This document shows, one piece after another, positions 54,937 to 64,000 of a stretch of 64,000 nucleotides of DNA. Position 1 is the first letter of the stretch, and the number at the start of each line of letters is the position of its first letter. The stretch spans positions 53,382,001-53,446,000 of the forward strand of contig NC_043012.1 of the NCBI RefSeq assembly GCF_006345805.1, given 5' to 3'. This DNA is from Octopus sinensis. Its lineage: Eukaryota. Below the pieces are notes generated by a model. That model did not search any database. It saw only the letters and a list, made by a program, of their open reading frames with translations, and was not told where the DNA came from. Both the position numbers and the translations under genes were made by a program.

Positions 54937-55979
54937 CATACATACATACATCAGTAACCTGCTCACCAGCACGGTTCCTTTGCAACTGGTTAGAAGCTAA
55001 GCTGTTCGTCAATACAGATAGTCTTCACGGTTATGACTATTACTTTTTTTCTATATATTGGCCAGATTTTATCGACCGGTGCTCAAAGACATACAGTTCT
55101 TTTCTGTTCCAATATTTACCGTAAAGAAAGCATTAATTGTTGTATTCTCTATCTTTGTATCTGCCTGTGTCGGTTACTTTATAACAGTGGTCAAATTAAT
55201 ATCGATGTTATCCTTTTAAAAAGAGTTCAAATGAGACCAATATTAAGCTCTGTATGTTGCATTATTTCGAAAGAGACTCTTCAGCGGCAAAAATATGTTT
55301 GTTCCGTCAATGGAAAGGAAACTTTGTCTAGACGTACTCGTGATGGGTTACTCACTTTCGCTTGGTGAAGTTTCTCTTGCACTCCCTTCCATCTGGATGA
55401 CCATGTTTTATGACTACTGAAGCTATACTCTGAAACTATACTCTTTTTTGCTCGTTTATTTATTTCAGTCATTTGACTATGGCCATGCTGGAGCACCGCC
55501 TTTAGTCGAGCAAATCGACCCCAGGACTTGTAACCCTAGTATTCATTCTATCGGGCTCTTTTACCGAGCCGCTAAGTTACGGGGACGTAACCACACCAGC
55601 ATCTGATGTCAAGCGATGTTAGGGTGACAAACACAGACACACAGCCATATACACACACATATATACATACATATATGCGACGGGCTTCTTTCAGTTTCCA
55701 TCTACCAAATCCACTCACAAGGCTTTGGTCGACCCGAGGCTATAGTAGAATACACTTGCCCATGGTGCCACGCAGTGGCACTGAACCCGGAACCATGTGG
55801 TGGGTAAACAAGCTACTTACCACACAGCCACTCCTACGCCTATACCACACAACCACTCCTACGCCTATACCACACAGCCACTCCTACGCCTATAGTTGAA
55901 AAAAGTTCCTCGGCAGTTTTCACGAGAATGAACGTCAGTCATAAAATTCCTTCATGAACTAAGAAACTCGATTAAATCT

Positions 55980-56375
55980 AGTCGGTGGGTCCCTCATCCT
56001 ATTATTGATCTTTAGCTTAAAGAAAGAGTTGTCCTCTAGTCGTCATTAAAGAGCGGGGTTGCAAAAAATTGCTGGCCAGAATCATCACAAGAGAGGTGTA
56101 TTCTTTAGAATCATATCCAAAGTAAACGACAGATATTTGTACCCAATGAAGAAAGTGAGTTCATCCCCAAACAAGCACTACGTCTGCAAAAAAATATGCT
56201 CTGAATTTAGTATAACATGAAGGGTGTTGTCTATCATGAAATTTTAAAGCAAAACAAAACAGTTAATAAATACAGAGAAGTATTGTCGTCGATTGAAAGC
56301 ATCGCATACAAATTTGTAGAAAAAGTGACCGTCATTGGTCATTTGTAAGATGGTGCTGCTCTTCCATAATAATCA
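55980..56375 (+). pseudogene. Decayed mariner transposase remnant
   Basis: RWVPH, LLARIIT, MKGVVYHEILKQNKTVN and MVLLL pieces spread across frames. Confidence 0.65.
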
Positions 56376-56381
56376 TTTCTA

Positions 56382-57130
56382 CTAGAGGCACAAGGGAATT
56401 TGAAAAATGATTCTAGTTGATTATATAGATCCCAATGTTCAACAAGTACTTGTTTATCGTCCCCGAAGGGATGAAAGCCAATGTCGACCTTCATGGAATT
56501 TGAACTCAGAATGTTAAGACAGACGAAATACCTACTTCTATATCTTAACTACCCACTAGGGGCTAAACATAGAGGAGACAGGCAAGGGCAGACGAACGGA
56601 TTAAGTTGATTATATCGACCCCAGTGCATAACTGGTACTTATTTAATCGACCCCGAAAGGAAGAAATGCAAAGTCGACCTTGATAGAAATTGAACTCAGA
56701 ACGTAGCGGCTGACGAAATACCTATTTCTTTACTACCGACAAGGGGCTAAACACAGAGAGGACAAACAAGGACAGAAAAACGGATTAAGTCGATTATATC
56801 GACACCAGTGCGTAACTGGTACATATTTAATCGACCCTTAAATGATGAAAGGTAAAGTCGACTTCGGAGGAATTTGAACTCAGAAGGTAAACTCAGACGA
56901 AATACCTATATCTTTACTACCGACAAGGGGCTAAACACAGAGAGGACAAACAAGGACAGAAAAACGGATTAAGTCGAGTATATCGACCCCAGTGCGTAAC
57001 TGGTACTCATTTAATCGACCCCGGAAGGATGAAAGGCAAAGTCGACCTTGGCGGAATTTGAACTCAGAACGTAGCGGCAGACGAAATACGGCTAAGCATT
57101 CTGTCCGACGTGCTGTCGATTGTTCCAGCT
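56382..57130 (-). repeat. Head-to-tail tetramer of the family-A SINE body (~184-bp unit)
   Basis: Junction gacgaaatac-cta(t) recurs near 56531, 56721 and 56905; only the rightmost unit carries the tRNA head. Confidence 0.85.
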
Positions 57131-57817
57131 AAAAGCAAGACGACAGAAAAGATTATGACACTAAATATGGCGGTTTTGCCTCTTCTTCCTGACTTTCCTT
57201 AAATAGCTCCAACAATCATATTTTTAGATCATTGCCACATTATCTAGAAGAGTTTATGAATTTTGATGATATTAAAAATTACATTGAGTGTTTCTTCCCT
57301 TCGAAATGTGAAAAATGTTACGCTTGGTGAATCGACAATTTACCAAATGGCTGGGAATATGTTAACAATAATGAGGTGAAATGTTATCTTGAGTAGATAT
57401 AACTAATTAAAACCAAGGAAGCGTTTGTCTCTTTCCAATCTTGAAATGCGAAATGACATTCTTTCCAACAACCTAACATATTTACGCATATAGCCGTATT
57501 TTCAAGCATAGATATGCGCGCGCACACACACACACACACACACATACACAAACATATATATACACACATATGCATACGTATGTACTAGAAACACACACAC
57601 ACACACACATATACACCCATATATACATGTATATATGTATGTATATGTGTATATATGAAGTGGCAGATATGTTGCCCGTGGAATTAATATTTCTAATATT
57701 TACAAGATTTTTACGTCATGTTCCATTAATGAACATATAAGCGATGGTTTTCGTGTCTTACTAACTTAATTAATTAACCAACAGAATATGCACACACACA
57801 CGCACAAATATACACAC

Positions 57818-57890
<73 letters not shown>

Positions 57891-58482
57891 AGTGAATATA
57901 TTTAATATTTTCAGCCGAAAGAACTAATTAAGATCGTTTGTTTACAAGTAGCCCGAAGTCTAAAGGCATTTTGCTCCTATCTAAAATAAAGCTAAATTAA
58001 TTGATATTGAACACTGTCGCCCTACTATTGAAGGAACATATTTTATTAAATGAAAATTATAAAAACATGAGGAGTGACTGTGCTTCTTTATATGAGTAGC
58101 GATTGCAGGGGAAATTTTACAACCTACGTATCTACTACTCGTTTATGTATGTAAGTTAATGTAGGAGTTTTTTGTTTAACGATGAATAATGCGTGTTTTT
58201 TCGAAGGAAAATTGATTCTGTAGTTTTAAAAATCTTAATTAAATGTGAATACTGCAGCTCTATATGGAATGTTCGGATAATCTTAATGTAAAGTGAATCT
58301 ATTTGTAAAACAAACAAAACAGAAAAAAACTTTTGTTTATACGAAAATTGTTAAACTCGTATCTTCTGTTCTTGAAAACTATGTTACGTGTTCAGCGTGT
58401 ACTGTATCCTCTTAAAAGATATTTGTTACCCTTTCTCTAAAAATGCTCATTTATATATATATAATATATATAATATATATAT

Positions 58483-58537
<55 letters not shown>

Positions 58538-58768
58538 ATGTATGTATGTATATATGGTGGGTCGCTGAAATCTACTGTACTCTTTTCATTGTCTCTGTTT
58601 ATTTTCTCATATTCCTTTTTGTTGAACGTAGGCTCAGAACGTAAAAACCTTTTTTATTTTTCCCGAGCGTCAAACTAATACACTTGTTTGTTGTTCATAC
58701 ACCCCTATCACATATACATATACATGCATCCTACATATATATGTAAATGTACGGATGTGTGTGCGTAT

Positions 58769-58812
<44 letters not shown>

Positions 58813-58869
58813 TATATATGTATATATATGTATGTATCTTATAAGATAGAGAGGAGAGGTAGATAGATG

Positions 58870-59103
58870 TTAGTTAGTTAGTTAGTTAATTTGGCTCAAA
58901 AGCAAATAGCAAGGCCATGTAGGGGGACATGGAGTTAAGTACAGGGTGGTGTTCATGTAAAGAGTTCAGGCCACTTGAGGTCAAGGGAGGCTTTGAACAA
59001 AGCGGTCGTCGGCATCTTCACCATCTCGTCTGGCAGCTTGTTCCACGGATCCGCAACCCGGGCGGAGAAAGCTCCTCTCCTTCGATTGAGATGAAATCGT
59101 CGC
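58870..59103 (-). mobile_element. CR1-type LINE 3' end with (TAAC)n tail
   Basis: RRGAFSARVADPWNKLPDEMVKMPTTALFKASLD. Confidence 0.8.
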
Positions 59104-59156
<53 letters not shown>

Positions 59157-61374
59157 TCGATAGATAGATAGATAGATAGATAGTAATTGGTCACAATGAA
59201 TAATAATTTGTGTTTCCATTCACTATATTCTGTACAAACCCTCAACAAGCGTTGTGCAGTTTGGGCTGCAAATAATGGAATGTGCAACTATTCGAGACTG
59301 CTCGTTAATATTACCTTGTTTTGATTTGCTCATTCTTCTGATATTTTATACATACTTTTCGAAAAGAGCATGACTCTGATTTCGTAGATACACTCTGATA
59401 AATTTCCTGAGACTACCAATGAAGACTAACAGCCCGAAACTTTGAAGTCACTGTTAAACCCTTTTCTTATTAAAGTAGAACAAGCATGAATTCTGCACAA
59501 AAGTATTGGGTAATTATTCCGTTTAATGTTAAATTGGTTTTATTATAACTTGACAGTACTGGACTCGATATAACCAACTTACACCTTATCTCGAAATTTT
59601 TAGTTTTGGGCCAAAATTTGAAATCATTATTTTATATATAAATAAGGGGGCGATCTGGCAGAATCGTTACCTCGCCGGGCAGAACCATAACCTCGCCGGG
59701 CAGAATCGTTGCCTTGCCGGGCAGAATCGTTACCTCGCCAGGCAGAATCGTTACCTCGCTTACCAGTATTTCGTCTGTCTTTAAGTTCAGAGCTGAAATT
59801 CAGGCGGAGTCGACTTTGTATTTCATCTTTTTGAAGTCGATAAAATACGTACATGTTGAATAGCCAGAAAGAATGAAAGGCAAAGTCGACTCTTATAGAA
59901 TTTCAACTCTGAAATCAAAGATAGACGAAACGTTGTATCCAATGTAATCGGCCACAACATTTCGTCTATCTTTGAGTTCTGAAAGCTAAACAGTTATCTC
60001 CCTTGCCCACAACAACAACAATAATAATGACGATAACCAATTACCTCCCCTTATTTTTCTACTTGTGAAGGATTTTTTCTGAAGGATTTCTGTTCTTCCT
60101 TCAGGGAATAACTTCTCCTTAAAGTCATCTATTTTTAAAAGCAAATTTATCAACACCTCACTGTATTATACTAACACACTCTTGCATGCTAGAACTTTCT
60201 TTATTCGTTTTGCAGTGTTGCTGCACGCTTGTGAAAAGATATGTAACAGCCCAGTCCGATATAAAAAAAAAGACTCCGCCGGTTACGACGACGAGGGTCC
60301 CAGCTGATACGATCAACGGAACAGCTTGCTCGTGAAATTAACGTGCAAATGGCTGAGCATTCCACAGACACGTGTACCCTTAACGTAGTTCTCGGGGATA
60401 ATCAGCGTGACACAGAGAGTGACAAGGCTGACCCTTTGAAATACAAGTACAACTCATTTTTGCCAGCTGAGTGGACTGGAGCAACGTGAAATAAAGTGTC
60501 TTGCTCAAGGACACAACGCGCCGCCGGGAATCGAACTCACAACCTTACGATCATGAGCCGAATACCCTAACCACTAAGCCACGCGCCTTCACTCCAGTCC
60601 GATATAACGATAAATTGTCAGGAGTTTGCTTTGTCTTAGGAGTTGGTAGATCGATACCTCCAGGATCTTCTTTAACATAGTAATAATAGCAAAACTGTTG
60701 GGAAGGCGACGTGCTGTCAGAATTGTTAGCACGCCGGACAAAATCGCTCAACTACATTTCGTCCGCCTGTATTTTCTGAGTTCAAATTCCGCTTAGTTCG
60801 ACTTTGCCTTGCATCCTTTAGAAGTCGATAAAATAAGTACCAACTGAGTTCTTGGGTCGATGTGATCGACTTACCTCTACCTCCGACTTGCTGGCCTCGT
60901 GCCAAAATATGAGACCAGTATGTGATGGCGGCGAGCTGACAGAATCGTTAGCATACCAGACAAAATGCTTAGTGGCATTTCGTCCGTCTACTTTCTGAGT
61001 TCAAATTCTGCCGAGATCGACTTTTGCAGTCGATTAAATGAGTCCCAGCTGAGGACATGGGTCGATGTACTTGATTTAACCTCTCTCTCGAAATTGCTGA
61101 ACCTGTACCAAGATTTGAGACCAATACTATAGGAAAGGTTGCGTGTCGCAAGGAATGGTAGCACGCCAGACAAACGCTTAGCGGCATTTCGTCCGTCTGT
61201 ACTTCCTGAGTTCAAATTCTGTCTATTTCTATTTAAATATTCATCCTTTCTAGAGTCGATAAAATAAGTACCTGTTGAGCACTGAGTCGATATAATAGAC
61301 TTACTCCCTCTACGAATTTGCTGGTCTTGTGCCAAAATTTGAAACCACTATCATTGGAAAGACGGTGTGCTGTT

Positions 61375-61660
61375 ATCTTCTTCTTCTTCTTCTTCTTCTT
61401 CTTCCAATCAGGACTCAGCCATTAGCCACAAAGAATAATCTCTAATTCGAGCCTACTCTAAGCTACTAAGAATGCGTGTGGCAACTTGAAGATCCACCCA
61501 CCACACGTGATAGACTGGCGGTTGCACGGACGCGAAAGCTACGTTGTTATCCTCATTCCGTAAACGGTGGCTTTTAACGAGTGGAGAGCTAGACGATTCT
61601 GGGCTACAGAGGATTCGCAATCTAGACTAGGCTCTGAAAGTTTTACCACACCATAGTGGG
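61375..61660 (-). mobile_element. Probable LINE 3' fragment with (GAA)n tail
   Basis: SVAQNRLALHSLK resembles an RTE C-terminus and ends in GAA repeats. Confidence 0.4.
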
Positions 61661-62180
61661 TTACACCATGGTTCCTCTGCTTTGTGGCAGAAGTATGAAG
61701 TAAGAGTGAGAGAAAGTTGTGGAGAAAGAGTACAGCGGGATTCACTCCCAACCCCCCGCCGGAGATTCGTGGAGCTTAGGTGATTTTGCTCAATAAACAC
61801 TCACAATGCTCGGTCTGGGAATCGAAACCGCGTTCTTACGACCACAAGACCGCTGCTCTACCACTGCGCCATTGTGCCTCCACTGCGTGCTGTTATAATC
61901 GTTATCACGCCGGACAAAATACTTAGCTGAATTTCGTCCATCGATTTCGACTTTACATTTCATCCTTTCTGGGTCGATAATATAGGTACTAGTGGAGCAC
62001 AGAGCCGATGTAATCGACTTACCCTTCCCCCGAAATTTCTGACCTCCTGTCAAAATCTGACATCAATATCAATAATATATGGGCGTACAAGGACGTCTTG
62101 TGAACACTGTACGATGTTAATATATTATATTTGTGGTTTAATTCGCTTACACATGCACTATTATATATTTTGTGATGCAG

Positions 62181-63358
62181 ACCATATCTCCTTCGATGGC
62201 ATAAATATCGAATGTGTTTTGACGTTGCAGGTTTGTCTTTAATCTTGATAAACATGACCGGCATAACCAAGAACGTATCAAATGGGAACAGCGTTCCAAT
62301 TTAGATATCGGTTATCTACACAGGAAATCTTGCCAGACAAGAGATGCAAATATATGTGTGTATGTGTGTGTGTTTGGTTATGCATGTATATGCATATAAT
62401 ATATATTATATATGCGAAGGCGTGCGACCTAGTGGTTAAGAGGTTCCAATCACGATCACGAAATAGTGACTTCGAATGCCAGAAGGCTGTGCGTTGTGCT
62501 TTGAGCAAAGCGCTTCATTTAACGTGGCTCCAAACCACTTAGCTGTACCTGAGAAGCCCTAAAATATGGCGTTATTGTAGTTGTGAATATTTTTGGTGAT
62601 TATGTTGATGTCCATTCTCTTCAGGTGAATTCTAATTGAGTTGGCTTATTGTCAAATGTATTCATATTTTTTTCAGCCAATGTATCTTACACTAATCATC
62701 GGAGGTGTCCATTCGATGCTTTAGATGTTAGGGTAAGATTAGAGGAGAATTGACTGCATTTTTTGCACATCAAGGCACGACATTCTAGTTTACTTCTTAT
62801 TTTTTACTACCCACAAGGGGCTAAACACAGAGGAGTCAAACAAGGACAGACAGACGGATTAAATCGATTATATCGAGCCCAGTGCGTAACTGGTACTTAA
62901 TTTATCGATCCCGAAAGGATGAAAGGCAAAGTCGACCGCGGTGGGATTTCAACTCAGAACGTAAATACAGACGAAATACCTATTTCTTTGCTACCCACAA
63001 GGGGCTAAACACAGAGGGGACAAATAAGGACAGACAAACGGATTAAGCCGATTATACCGACCCCAGTGCGTAACTGGTACTTATTTAACCGACCTCGGAA
63101 GGATGAAAGGCAAAGTCGACCTTAGCGGAATTTGAACTCAGACGAAATACCGCGGACCATTTCGCCCGGCGTGCTAACGTTTCTGCCAGCTCGCCGCCTT
63201 TTACTTCTGGGGATATAGTGGGTGAGGGTCCCTAAGGTTACTTTAGCTACCCCGTGATCCTTCAGGAGGAGGATTAGTGTGGTAAAAATTAGTACTTGGA
63301 TGCTCTTCATGTTGTTGATGAGGTGATAGTCATGGGTTTTTGTTGTTGCTGCTGTAGC

Positions 63359-63419
<61 letters not shown>

Positions 63420-63811
63420 CTTTTGGGGTTAGCCGTTAACCTGACTGAGTGAATATATGAGCAAAATCATTCTAGAAAATACCATACCGGTTTTCTTTTT
63501 TTTTCCGGCATCATCTGCCGGAGAGTACTTATACTAAAAGCACGTTGTCCAGGTCGGTAGTGAAAAGTCTGAGGAAGATTTGTTTACTGTTTTTAAAATA
63601 CAAGTGAACCACATAGATGCCTCATGTTCTGTTCTTAAATGAAATCTATCACGTCAATATGAATATTTTTTTTATACAAACATTTCTAAACTATAACGCT
63701 TACAGACATTGAGGTCTCAGAGTCATATACAATAAGTTGATTAATATACAGTGCAATCCGGATGAAACAAAGCATAGAATTGGAGATGTTTATGCAACAG
63801 AATCATGATGA
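62181..63811 (+). CDS. Candidate terminal exons of an unidentified host gene (62181-62230, 62677-62732, 63752-63808)
   Basis: AG/GT boundaries with compatible phases give PYLLRWHKYRMCFDVAANVSYTNHRRCPFDALDVRCNPDETKHRIGDVYATES**, with AATAAA near 63890. No recognised homology. Confidence 0.25.
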
Positions 63812-64000
63812 AAGTTTGAATTCGGTTGTCAGGGAATTTTCATACTTGCAATTCACGGAAAATTGCAGCAAATTTTGATAAATGGATACAATAAATTTGT
63901 GTCTGGACCGTCTATGTCTTGAAGATAAAGTGTAGAAACGAGAAATAAATAAAGAAACAAACAAACAAACAAACAAAGATAGATAGATAGATAGATAGAT

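Noticed and set aside
56382-57130. CRISPR-like or satellite array
   Set aside because: The units are SINE bodies with no unique spacers, in a eukaryotic context.
59244-59269. Minus-strand micro-exon PNCTTLVEG resembling a receptor L-domain start
   Set aside because: Only 26 nt, needs a ~49-nt intron to the nearest upstream candidate, and no downstream L-domain exon was found.

Overview
Eukaryotic, AT-rich, microsatellite-saturated genomic DNA. From recall of the SINE families it is most likely an octopus (inference, not verified). No host gene is confidently identifiable; the ORF track is almost entirely microsatellite noise or transposon remnants. The window contains dozens of copies of three tRNA-derived SINE families, a near-intact mariner (one nonsense codon), a decayed Tc1, several MITEs/foldbacks, and fragments of RTE, CR1, L1-Tx1 and R4/Dong-type LINEs. 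The most notable signal is a dense set of Penelope-like element (PLE) derivatives carrying type I hammerhead ribozyme (HHR) motifs: about 9 well-formed motifs plus about 8 degenerate ones. Many sit in paired, outward-pointing inverted repeats (286 bp, ~660 bp and ~395 bp arms), and they repeatedly lie in (TA)n tracts, twice inside a SINE's internal microsatellite. All ribozyme calls were folded by eye and are untested.
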